The notes beneath the pieces are model-generated. The model was given only the letters and a program-made list of their open reading frames with translations. It did no database searches and was not told the DNA's origin. From positions 2,390 to 66,389 of the forward strand of contig JACSRU010000113.1 in the NCBI GenBank assembly GCA_014879575.1: a stretch of DNA of 64,000 nt, read 5' to 3'. A program made the translations under genes and the position numbers. Of this stretch, positions 47,027 to 56,720 are shown piece after piece. This DNA comes from Chthoniobacterales bacterium (lineage in GTDB: Bacteria; Verrucomicrobiota; Verrucomicrobiia; Chthoniobacterales; Terrimicrobiaceae). How positions within the stretch are numbered: the first letter of the stretch is position 1; each line of letters opens with the position of its first letter.

Positions 47027-48127
47027 TCAGCGAAGAAAGGAAAACGTCACCGGCGCTGTCCCGGTCTCGATGCGGTCTGCCGGCGTGAGCGTTCCCTCGG
47101 TGGCATGGATTTTCATCGAGGCGATCCCCCCGTCCGCCTGCCCACCCACCACAAGCCAACGGCCCGAGGGATCGATCAAAAATTCGCGGGGCATCCCAAC
47201 GCCCGCTGGCACATTTTGCAGGAACTCCAGAGTTCCATCGCCCGCCACTCCGTAAACCGTGATGCTGTTATGCCCGCGATTGGAAACGTAGAGCCATTTG
47301 CCGGTGGGATGCAGAACCAATCCCGAGGTGGTGGCGCCATCCAGCGTCGCCCCATCGGGCAGAGTGGGAATGGTCTGGACCAAACGGAGAGCACCCGTCT
47401 GCGGGTTCCTTTCAAAAGCGGAGACGCTCATCCCCATCTCGTTGTTCACATAGAGGAAATCCCCCGGGGCATTGAGGACCAGGTGCCGAGGCCCGCCGCC
47501 GGGAGGGACTTTCCCGGAGGCTGGGTCGCCGAACTCCAACTGCCCGGATTTCTGGCCCATGCGCAAGATCCAGACCTGGTCGCTTCCAAGGTCGCACACG
47601 TAAACAAACCTCCCGTCGGGGGTGACCGCCGCCCCGTGGGCATAGGATTTTTTCTGGCGTTTGGGATTCGGCCCCTTGCCCGTGAAGGCCATGTCGGCCA
47701 TCTCCCCGCCCAACGATCCATCCGGAAGGATCGGCAGGCATGTCACATTTCCTTCTGTGTAGTTCGAAACGAGGAGATACCCGGGTGCCGCCCAGACATG
47801 ACAGGGAAGTTTTCCGCCGGAGGGCTGGGTATTCAGGAGCCTGAGGGATCGGTCGTCCTGGATTTCAAATGCCGCCACCTCGCCGGCTTCCTTTTCGATC
47901 GTGGCATACAGAAATCGTCCGTCCCCGGATTGCGCAAGAAAGCCGGGCCCCTGGATGTCGGCGACAGGGACCGGGGATGAGATTTTTCCGGAGTTCGAAT
48001 CGAGCGAGCTGAGGAGGATGCCATTTTGTTTTCCGGGAACAGGGCTGGTTCCCACATAGAAGGGGATTTCCAAGGCGTGAAGCGTTGTCATGGTAAGGAG
48101 CGTTGTCAAAAAAAACCTTGTGAGCAC
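47027..48127 (-). CDS. 7-bladed beta-propeller lactonase family protein (Pgl/YbhE-like), signal peptide
   Basis: Repeated ..DGRFLYA.., ..FLYVNNE.., ..KWLYVSNRGHNSITVY.. blades. N-terminal MLTRFFLTTLLTMTTLHA. Confidence 0.75.
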   Translation of the reverse strand: MLTRFFLTTLLTMTTLHALEIPFYVGTSPVPGKQNGILLSSLDSNSGKISSPVPVADIQGPGFLAQSGDGRFLYATIEKEAGEVAAFEIQDDRSLRLLNTQPSGGKLPCHVWAAPGYLLVSNYTEGNVTCLPILPDGSLGGEMADMAFTGKGPNPKRQKKSYAHGAAVTPDGRFVYVCDLGSDQVWILRMGQKSGQLEFGDPASGKVPPGGGPRHLVLNAPGDFLYVNNEMGMSVSAFERNPQTGALRLVQTIPTLPDGATLDGATTSGLVLHPTGKWLYVSNRGHNSITVYGVAGDGTLEFLQNVPAGVGMPREFLIDPSGRWLVVGGQADGGIASMKIHATEGTLTPADRIETGTAPVTFSFLR

Positions 48128-48139
48128 AGGGGCGGGAAT

Positions 48140-48927
48140 TCAATGCGGCAGGAGTGCCCAGAGGAGCACCAGCCCGAAAATGATCCGATAAATTCCGAAG
48201 CCAACAAAGGTATGGGACTGGATGTATCGCAGGAGCCATTTGACCGCCAGGAAGGAAACAACCGCCGCCACGACGGTTCCCAGCCCGAGCAACACCCAAT
48301 CCTCCTGCGCCCCGCTCTTGAGCCCCTTCAGAATTTTGTATCCGCCCGCGGCGAGCAACGTGGGAATCCCCACCAGGAAGGAAAATTCGGTGGCCGCCAC
48401 CCGGTTGGCGCCAAGCAACATGGCAAAGATAATCGTCAATCCCGAGCGGGAGGCACCCGGGAATATCGCGGCGGCCAATTGCGAGGCCGCCACCACGAGG
48501 ACCACCGCCCAGGTAATTTCCCCGGTGACCGGTTTGCCTTTCATGAAAAATTCCACGGCAAGAAAGAGGAGGCCGCCCACGATCAGTGCCGCCGCCACGG
48601 GCTGGACGGTCTCCGGGAGCTCAATGCCCATCTTGTCAATAACCAACCCTCCCGCCACCGTGATCAAAAACGCCACGAGGATTTTCAGGTTTAGCGTCAG
48701 GCTCACCGGTTCCTTCCAGCGCAGCAACATGGCAATGCGCTCCTTGAAGAGCGGAAGCACGGCCAGCACGGCCCCGCATTGGATCACCACATTGAAGAGG
48801 TCCGACTTGTGGGCGCCCAGCCAGTGCTCGACAATCAGCAGGTGGCCTGTGGACGAGACGGGAATAAACTCGGTGACCCCCTCAACGATCCCGAGGACCA
48901 CGACGACAAACCAGTTCGGGAGTGCCA

Positions 48928-48928
<1 letters not shown>
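48140..48928 (-). CDS. uppP: undecaprenyl-diphosphate phosphatase
   Basis: GVTEFIPVSSTGHL and PGASRSG motifs. The GTG start overlaps the glnB stop by 1 nt. Confidence 0.92.
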
Positions 48929-49861
<933 letters not shown>

Positions 49862-49913
49862 CCTGTAATAATTTATCCCCTCTTCCAGCCAGGTTTGGGC
49901 TTCGCCGATCATC

Positions 49914-50060
49914 GGAGAATGCTCGGGAGAAGAAGGCGGGGAAGTTGTCAGGCATGGTTTTGGGAGGGAAAGTTTGGGAAGTGCGGGGGTTGTGCGTGCG
50001 ATTGAAGCCTGGGGTGAAGAGCTTGAAATCTGAGAGCAAGCGGATAGGAATTTTAGGAAC
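49914..50060 (+). other. G-rich / C-poor tract with a G-quadruplex-type motif
   Basis: About 150 nt with very few C on the + strand. GGGAGGGAAAGTTTGGGAAGTGCGGGGG at 49962-49989 (G3 N1 G3 N7 G3 N6 G5). Confidence 0.5.
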
Positions 50061-50071
50061 TCCTCGAACCG

Positions 50072-50467
50072 GTGAAACGACAACTGCCCAGATGCACCCC
50101 GGCGAATGGCCTCCCGGTTTCCGCAGGCGGGGTTTCGCGTGAGCCGCATGGTGCGCTGAAGAAACTGACGCGGGTGCTGATGGGGCGAAGATTTTGCGAT
50201 CAGCTTTTTGCGCATGAACTGTCTCCCGGGCGGCTGTGGCGACTGGCCAAAGGGGCTTGCGCGGCGGTCTTTGGAAAATCCGTGGCGTGCCACCTCTGCG
50301 GCCAGAGGGCCGCAAAAGTTCTTCCTGTGATTTGGAGGGGACGCGTCGAGCTTTGGGGCATGCACCGGACGATTGTGAGGGTGGAATTCGAGGACCGGAA
50401 CGCTCTGCGCTTCACGCATGTGCTCCCGGAAAACTGTCCAAGCCTGCGTGAGCATGATCGTTCATAG
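50072..50467 (+). CDS. hypothetical protein (weak ORF)
   Basis: 131-codon ORF (GTG start) ending 14 nt inside the next gene. Basic and Cys-containing; no recognised motif. Confidence 0.25.
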   Translation: MKRQLPRCTPANGLPVSAGGVSREPHGALKKLTRVLMGRRFCDQLFAHELSPGRLWRLAKGACAAVFGKSVACHLCGQRAAKVLPVIWRGRVELWGMHRTIVRVEFEDRNALRFTHVLPENCPSLREHDRS

Positions 50468-51224
50468 CGTCCTGAGTCATCATCCGGCACATGTCGTGGA
50501 TGCAATGATGCGCTTCCTCGGCACGCTCGGTCCCCAAACCGTCTTCTGCCTCGGCTACGGGGGGCCGAGGGAGGAATTTGACCGCATCGCCTTCCCGGAA
50601 AAATTTTTCCTCGGGGATCCGAGTCTGCGGGGGCGGATCGAGGAGCAAAATTTTTCGTGTTGGATCCAAGCGACGGGCGCCTGGTATCGGCGGCGGGGGA
50701 TCGAGCCGGATCTGGTGCATTTTACGGAGAACGATCACATCCCCCTTCGGGCGGATTACTGGGAGGAACTGCGTCGCACCATCGAGGCGAGCGGACGGGA
50801 TTTTCTGGGCAAGTGGTGCATGGATCGCACGAACACAAATGAACAATCCTACCTGCACTATCGCGACGACGCGCGGTTGCTCGGACATCTCGCGGCACTC
50901 TCCGTGCGTTCCGATCCCCGGACAATCTGGGGGGCGCTTGCGGATGGGATGTTGATGCGGCGGACGGCAGTCGAGGCACTTACGAACCGGGATCTCTCGC
51001 TTCCCTGTTTCACGGAAATTCTCATCCCTTCCACGCTCCACCACCTGGGATTCACGCTGGGGGACTTCGATGCGTGGTCCGGGATTTTTCGCGGGGTCCG
51101 TCACCGTCCCGCCTTCGCCCTGGATGGCCTGCGAGAAATGATCCCCACGAAACCCTGGTGTTGTCATCCGTTCAAGGATGTCGGGAGTTTGCCGGAGTTG
51201 TATGAACTTATCCTGCGAAAATAA
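50454..51224 (+). CDS. hypothetical protein
   Basis: Start at MIVHSVLSHHPAHV (ATG 50454). The stop abuts the next gene's ATG at 51225. No motif recognised. Confidence 0.6.
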   Translation: MIVHSVLSHHPAHVVDAMMRFLGTLGPQTVFCLGYGGPREEFDRIAFPEKFFLGDPSLRGRIEEQNFSCWIQATGAWYRRRGIEPDLVHFTENDHIPLRADYWEELRRTIEASGRDFLGKWCMDRTNTNEQSYLHYRDDARLLGHLAALSVRSDPRTIWGALADGMLMRRTAVEALTNRDLSLPCFTEILIPSTLHHLGFTLGDFDAWSGIFRGVRHRPAFALDGLREMIPTKPWCCHPFKDVGSLPELYELILRK

Positions 51225-52085
51225 ATGCTAACCATCCAGACCTGGGGTGGTTGGGGTGATGTGCTGCGGGAAATCAGCCTGCTTCCGTGTGGTGGAACTG
51301 GTGCCGCAGGCCTTTTGCCGCCCTTCAAAGTCCGGCACCTTCCGGGCGAGCTGGCAAAGGTGCATGCGGATGCAGGGGTTCCGCCGCCCGAGGCGGTTCG
51401 GGATCTCCTTTCCCGAAGTCCCCGTCTGCGCTGGGACGGCATCGGACCACTTCCCCGTTGGCAAAAAGCGGTAACGCGCGGATTGCGGGCCTGCATCGAG
51501 CCTTTTCATCCCGGCCTCTTCGATCCGCAATTTCAATGGTTGCCGCAGGATGAGATCCCCCGGGCCGAAAGACCGACGGTCGTTGTCCAAACCCACCTCG
51601 CGGGGCTTCCCACCAAACGATGGGCTGTGGACAACTGGCGCACCGTGCTGGGGGCGCTCCGCGAGCTCCTTCCGGAAGCCTCGATTCATGTTCTGGATCC
51701 TGCCGGCGAACCTCTGGCGGGTGCCGGAATTTTTGTGGAAAATCGCCTGACCTTTCCGCAAGCCATCCGACTCGTGGAGAATTGCAATCTGCTGATCTCC
51801 GTGGATTCGTGGTCCAAATACGTGGCGGCCTGGAGGAAAATCCCCCAACTTATCCTCGCCTCCGACCAGCGCGCAGAATACCCCGCCCTAACTCCCGAAG
51901 CCCTCTGGAAATATTCGTTTCGAGGGCTCCACAATCGCCCGGATATCCAAATTTATGGACTCTCCCGCGACGCAAAGGGTGCGGTGCGCTATGAAAAAGG
52001 GACCATGGAAACGTTCACGCCGGAAGAAGTCCTCCGGACGATCCGCCAGGCAGTCCCGCCAATCTTCCGCACTCACGGAAATTGA
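51225..52085 (+). CDS. glycosyltransferase family 9-like protein (tentative)
   Basis: KRWAVDNWRTVLGALRE...LTFPQAIRLVENCNLLISVDSWSKYVAAW resembles the heptosyltransferase C-terminal pattern (K-W-p...L-tl-q-a-li..a.l.isnDSGpmHlAaA), but with DSW in place of DSG. Confidence 0.45.
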   Translation: MLTIQTWGGWGDVLREISLLPCGGTGAAGLLPPFKVRHLPGELAKVHADAGVPPPEAVRDLLSRSPRLRWDGIGPLPRWQKAVTRGLRACIEPFHPGLFDPQFQWLPQDEIPRAERPTVVVQTHLAGLPTKRWAVDNWRTVLGALRELLPEASIHVLDPAGEPLAGAGIFVENRLTFPQAIRLVENCNLLISVDSWSKYVAAWRKIPQLILASDQRAEYPALTPEALWKYSFRGLHNRPDIQIYGLSRDAKGAVRYEKGTMETFTPEEVLRTIRQAVPPIFRTHGN

Positions 52086-52092
52086 TGGCGCG

Positions 52093-52130
52093 AAAAAAAG
52101 CGGGGACGAACCATGCGCTGGCTCGTCCCC
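52093..52130 (-). terminator. intrinsic terminator (minus strand), probable pheT terminator
   Basis: Stem ggggacga (52102-52109) / tcgtcccc (52123-52130) with a 13-nt loop. On the minus strand it is followed by gc + T7 (52099-52093). Confidence 0.5.
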
Positions 52131-52241
52131 TGGAAAAAATTGCCCCACTTGTGCCGTTCCGAAGCATTTCCCGTTCCCTCGATATAGGGTGGATGACCGC
52201 CTGACCTGCGCGCAGACTTCCACTGAAGGCTTGTCATTGCG

Positions 52242-52270
52242 CCGGGGGCTCAGCCTCCGGGTTTATTTTT
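52242..52270 (+). terminator. intrinsic terminator (plus strand)
   Basis: Stem ccgggggc (52242-52249) / gcctccgg (52253-52260), 3-nt loop, followed by gtttattttt (52261-52270). Confidence 0.55.
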
Positions 52271-52383
52271 CAATTATCGGTTCGGGAGTTTGCTCCGTGT
52301 AATCGCGAACACAGCAGGGCAAATCTGGTGCGGGGGTCGGACTTGCGTCTTTCCACCGCGAAACCATGAAATTTTGGAAAGAA

Positions 52384-54729
52384 CTACTCTCGGAAATCGA
52401 CCCCCAAGAGATCTTTCAAACCGACTTTCAGGCGATCTGTGGCGGCGTTGACTTCCTCTGTTGTCAGGGTCCGCTCCGGCGACCGGAAAGTCAAGGAAAT
52501 TGCGAGGGATTTTCTGTCGGCAGGCAAATTTTTCCCAGAGGGATCCGCAAACAAATCGAAGAGGGAGAGCGATTCCAAGAGGGGTTCTTTGCGGGCAAGG
52601 AGGGCCGCGCGAACTTCTCCGTAGGTGAGGCCCAGCGGGGCGACGAGCGCGATGTCACGGATGGATCCCGGAAATTTCGGCAGGGGCTTCAACGCCGCCA
52701 GCGCATCTGTTGCCGTCTGCCAGGCGTCGGCATCGAACTCCGCCGCGACCACGGGATGCGGAGATCCGAGCTTGCGCGTCTCGGCAGGCTGCAGGATGCC
52801 CAGCACGCCAATACGGATTCCCTTTTTGAAAATTTCGAGGGCGGCGCCGAAGGGGAGCGGCGGATTCGGCAATGAAACAAAGTCCCCCTCGTCCAGCGCG
52901 ACGATCCGGGAGAGGCACCCCTTCAAATCAAAGAGATCCCACTTGCGCACACGCTGACCGCGCCAATCCGGTTCCGCCAAATCCCCGGTGGCAACAAGGG
53001 AAATGCGCGCCGCCTCAGCCGCAGGCGAAAAGACGCGTCCGCATTCAAAGAGGCGGACCGAGGGAGCACCCAGATCGAGGTTGCGTTTGAGGGCGGCGAG
53101 CAGGCCGGGCAAAAGGCTCGTCCGCAAACGCGACTGGTCGTCCCCGAAGGGATTTTTTAATTCGACGGCCGGCCCGAACCAGGCGGCATCCGCGACGGAG
53201 ACGAGCGTGCTCGTGCGCGCCTCCGAGAAGCCGGCACCCGCCAGGAGGTGACGGCAGGACATGCCAAAATCATAGGCCGCATCCGGCCCGGAGGATGCGA
53301 CAAACAGACCAGCGGAGGTCGGAGGAATCTTCTCGATCCCAACAACCCGCGCGACTTCCTCGATGAGGTCCACCTCGCGCGTCAGATCCCGCCGGAAGCC
53401 CGGGATCGCCCACGTGGAGTCCCCGCCCCCGGAGGATTTCTCGAGGCCGATTCTGATGAGGGATGCCTCGATTTCCTGATCGGACAATTCCGCGCCGAGC
53501 AACGAGCGGACGCGGTGGTGCCTCAGCGGGATTTCCGTATGCGCCCAGTGCGTGCCGGCTTCGAGCACGATGTCCTCCGCGACGCCCCCGGCGATCTGGA
53601 CGATCAACTCCGCCGCACGGGCGGACGCCGAGGCGACCATCTCGGGATCCACTCCCCGCTCGAAGCGGTAGCTGGAATCGCTCAGGAGTCCGAGTGCGCG
53701 CGATGTGCGCCGCACGCTCGCCGGATCAAACACCGCGCTCTCCAGAAGGATGTCTGTCGTCGTCGCGGAGACTCCGGAGTCCGCGCCACCCATCACGCCC
53801 GCAAGAGCCACGGCGCGTTGGTCGTCAGCGATGACAAGATGATTTTCCGCCAGGCGGAAGTTCCGGCCATCCAAGGCGTCGAAGCTCTCACCCTCCCCGG
53901 CCCGCCGGATGCGCAGGCTCCCTTGAACCTTCGCGGCATCAAACGCATGGAGTGGCTGGCCCAGCTCAAAGAGCACGTAGTTCGTGACATCCACCACGTT
54001 GTTGATCGGACGCAGCCCGATCGAGGTGAGCCGGTCGGCCAGCCATTGCGGACTGGGAGCAACCCGCACACCGCGAATCCGACGCAGGGTGTAGTAGCTG
54101 CATTCGTCGGCTTCGATCCGCACGGCGTCCCCCGCCGGAGCCATGTCCGGGGCGGGAATTCCCGGTGCCGAGAGGGGAAGACCGGTGAAGACCTCGATCT
54201 CTCGTGCGATCCCCAGGTGGCAGAGCCAGTCCGGACGGTTCGGCATGATCTCAAGTTCGAAAATGCTATCCGGGGGAAATTGCCCGGCGATGGGCGAGCC
54301 CACGGGGGCGGCGGCGGATAAAATCAGGAGCCCCTCCGCGTCGTCCGCCAGCTTCAATTCCTTCGCGCTGCAAAGCATGCCCTCGCTTTCGACGCCGCGC
54401 AGCTTGCCGGTCTTGATTTTGAAATCTCCGGGCAAAACCGCCCCCGGCAACGCCAGAGGCACCTTGTCACCGACCTTGTAGTTCTTCGCCCCGCAAACGA
54501 TCTGCCGCGGGGAGCCCGAACCATCATCCACTTTGCAGACACTCAGGCGGTCGGCATTCGGATGCGGAACGGATTCCAAAATTTGCGCCACGACCACCTT
54601 GTCGAAATCCGCCCCGCGCTTCCCGACCGAAGCCACTTCGAGACCCGCCCGGCGGAATAAGGCCTCCAGTTCGGTGGCGGTGAGATTGCAATCCACGAAA
54701 TCGCGGAGCCAGTTGAGCGAAACTTTCAT
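52384..54729 (-). CDS. pheT: phenylalanine--tRNA ligase beta subunit
   Basis: MKVSLNWLRDFVD N-terminus; tRNA-binding domain, B3/4, B5 and FDX-ACB organisation; 781 aa. Confidence 0.93.
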   Translation of the reverse strand: MKVSLNWLRDFVDCNLTATELEALFRRAGLEVASVGKRGADFDKVVVAQILESVPHPNADRLSVCKVDDGSGSPRQIVCGAKNYKVGDKVPLALPGAVLPGDFKIKTGKLRGVESEGMLCSAKELKLADDAEGLLILSAAAPVGSPIAGQFPPDSIFELEIMPNRPDWLCHLGIAREIEVFTGLPLSAPGIPAPDMAPAGDAVRIEADECSYYTLRRIRGVRVAPSPQWLADRLTSIGLRPINNVVDVTNYVLFELGQPLHAFDAAKVQGSLRIRRAGEGESFDALDGRNFRLAENHLVIADDQRAVALAGVMGGADSGVSATTTDILLESAVFDPASVRRTSRALGLLSDSSYRFERGVDPEMVASASARAAELIVQIAGGVAEDIVLEAGTHWAHTEIPLRHHRVRSLLGAELSDQEIEASLIRIGLEKSSGGGDSTWAIPGFRRDLTREVDLIEEVARVVGIEKIPPTSAGLFVASSGPDAAYDFGMSCRHLLAGAGFSEARTSTLVSVADAAWFGPAVELKNPFGDDQSRLRTSLLPGLLAALKRNLDLGAPSVRLFECGRVFSPAAEAARISLVATGDLAEPDWRGQRVRKWDLFDLKGCLSRIVALDEGDFVSLPNPPLPFGAALEIFKKGIRIGVLGILQPAETRKLGSPHPVVAAEFDADAWQTATDALAALKPLPKFPGSIRDIALVAPLGLTYGEVRAALLARKEPLLESLSLFDLFADPSGKNLPADRKSLAISLTFRSPERTLTTEEVNAATDRLKVGLKDLLGVDFRE

Positions 54730-54940
54730 ATGCGTCAGAGAATCAAGGCAAGTCCGAGCAGGACGACCAGTCTTTTTTATTCCAGAGGCGGAGGTTGCCC
54801 ACTACGGAGGACATGGAGAGCGTGGATTTCTGAGGGGAAAACGGGCAGGCGGCCCAGGGAAAATTGCACGCGCCTGAAGGCAAAGCGGCCAAAAAGCTTT
54901 TATTCCCCGTCGCGATGACGCAACAATCCTCACAAGGATC

Positions 54941-55933
54941 ATGATACAAATCGCACAAATCGGCGTCGGTTATTGGGGCCCCAACCTCTTGCGGAATCTG
55001 ATGGCTGAGCGTCGCTGCCGGATGCTGGCCGTGGCGGATGCTTCGGAGGAGAGGCGGGAGTTTATTCGCGGACTCTATCCGGGGGTGCAGACCGTTGCCA
55101 CTGCGGAAGAGGCTTTTGCCTGCCCGGGGCTTGATGCCGTTGTCATCGCCACACCGGCTCGGACGCATCACGCTTTGGTCATGGCAGCCTTGCGTGCTGG
55201 GAAACATGTGCTGGTGGAAAAACCCATGGCCACCTCGGTCGGGGAGGTGGATGAAATCGCTGCTCTCGCCCAACGCAAAAATTTGGTCGCCATGGTCGGG
55301 CATACATTTTTATTCAATCCTGTCGTGCGGTATTTGAAGAACTTGATTGATTCCGGCGAACTCGGGCAAATTCGCTACATTTACAGCCAGCGGCTCAATC
55401 TCGGGCGGATTCGTTCCGATGTGGACGCCTTGTGGAATCTTGCCCCCCACGACATCAGCATCATTCAATACCTCCTGGGCGATCCGGAGCCGCTGGCCAT
55501 CCGCCGGACAGGCATGGATTTCATCCAGCCGGGGATTGATGACGTGGTGTTTCTGGACATCACCTATCCGGATAAAGTGCTCGCCCACGTCCACGTGAGC
55601 TGGCTCGATCCGCACAAGGTCCGCTGCCTGACGGTGGTCGGCTCGAAGAAAATGGTGGTTTACGATGATGTGGCGGATAACAAGATCGCCATCTACGACA
55701 AGGGGATCGAACCCAAGGCCATTTTGGGTGAGCGCATGGACTACGACCAGGGGCTGCCCCCGACATTCGTTCATCGTTCCGGCGAAGTTCGCCTTCCGGC
55801 CATCCCGTGGAAGGAACCCCTCAAGAACGAAATCGAACACTTTTTGGATTGTATTGAAGGGAAGGCCATCTGTCTGACCGGCCCGGGCCACGCCCGCAAG
55901 GTGGTCGAAATCCTTGCCTCCCAACCTCATTAG
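54941..55933 (+). CDS. Gfo/Idh/MocA family sugar-nucleotide dehydrogenase (WbpB-like)
   Basis: MIQIAQIGVGYWGPNLLRNL Rossmann N-terminus; EKPMATS motif. Confidence 0.85.
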   Translation: MIQIAQIGVGYWGPNLLRNLMAERRCRMLAVADASEERREFIRGLYPGVQTVATAEEAFACPGLDAVVIATPARTHHALVMAALRAGKHVLVEKPMATSVGEVDEIAALAQRKNLVAMVGHTFLFNPVVRYLKNLIDSGELGQIRYIYSQRLNLGRIRSDVDALWNLAPHDISIIQYLLGDPEPLAIRRTGMDFIQPGIDDVVFLDITYPDKVLAHVHVSWLDPHKVRCLTVVGSKKMVVYDDVADNKIAIYDKGIEPKAILGERMDYDQGLPPTFVHRSGEVRLPAIPWKEPLKNEIEHFLDCIEGKAICLTGPGHARKVVEILASQPH

Positions 55934-55934
55934 A

Positions 55935-56438
55935 ATGTCCTCCTTTGCGCCAAGAATTATCGAATCCCGGATCGTTGATGTCACCTTTGGCGAGAAGGTG
56001 ACCGTGGTCCAGCCGGCCAACCTCTACGGCTGCCGCATCGGTGCCGGGTGTTTTGTGGGGCCATTTGTGGAGATTCAAAAGGATGTCCGCATCGGGGAAC
56101 GCACGAAAATCCAGAGTCACGCGTTCATTTGCGAGCTCGTGGAGATCGGCGACGATTGCTTCATTTCCCACGGTGCCATGTTCGTCAACGACCTCTTTCA
56201 AACCGGCGGCCCCGCGCGCGGCAATCGCGCCCTGTGGAAAAGCACCCGAATCGGAAACAACGTCTCGATTGGAACGAATGCCACCATCCTGCCCGTCTCG
56301 ATTTGTGATCATGTCGTCATTGGCGCAGGCAGCGTCGTCACCCGCGACATCACAAAACCCGGCATCTATGCGGGGAATCCCGCGCGGTTTCTTCGTCGGG
56401 CGGAGCGAGGGGATCGCGAGAAAAGAAGCTCAGATTGA
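55935..56438 (+). CDS. left-handed beta-helix (hexapeptide) acetyltransferase (WbpD-like)
   Basis: Hexapeptide repeats (IGAGCFVGPFVEI, IGERTKIQSHAFI, IGDDCFISHGAMF, IGNNVSIGTNATI, IGAGSVV). Start 1 nt after the dehydrogenase stop. Confidence 0.8.
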   Translation: MSSFAPRIIESRIVDVTFGEKVTVVQPANLYGCRIGAGCFVGPFVEIQKDVRIGERTKIQSHAFICELVEIGDDCFISHGAMFVNDLFQTGGPARGNRALWKSTRIGNNVSIGTNATILPVSICDHVVIGAGSVVTRDITKPGIYAGNPARFLRRAERGDREKRSSD

Positions 56439-56469
56439 CAAACCAGGCACTCCGGGGAGAATCACGAAC

Positions 56470-56710
56470 GTGAGCCTCTCACCAAGAAAATGGCACCGCC
56501 TCGTTGCGCCCTGGTTGGCGGCACCCCTTCTGCTCTTCCTTTTTACCGGGGTGGTTTATCGGATCGGCAGAGCCTGGTTTGAGATGGAGAAAGAAACCGG
56601 CAAGACCGTTCTTGGCGTTCATGCAGCCAATTGGCTTGCTGAGCCTCATTCTCACCGGGATTCAAATGACGGGTTTATTCCGGAAAAAGACACAACCGGC
56701 GCCCAGATAA
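56470..56710 (+). pseudogene. small PepSY-associated-TM-like membrane protein, apparently frameshifted
   Basis: Frame A from GTG 56470: SLSPRKWHRLVAPWLAAPLLLFLFTGVVYRIGRAWF...VLGVHAAN. Frame B (+1) continues IGLLSLILTGIQMTGLFRKKTQPAPR-stop at 56710. Frame A otherwise runs on into the convergent gene. Confidence 0.3.
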
Positions 56711-56720
56711 GGCCCGGCCT

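Noticed and set aside
49914-50417. Possible riboswitch (cobalamin, c-di-GMP) in the long gap before the hypothetical genes
   Set aside because: No B12 box or other riboswitch core consensus could be recognised. Only the compositional skew and G4 motif are reported.
52198-52216. caggtcagg motif (minus strand) reminiscent of the SRP RNA domain IV region
   Set aside because: The rest of the SRP consensus (GGAAGGAAGCAGC and the symmetric loop) is absent.
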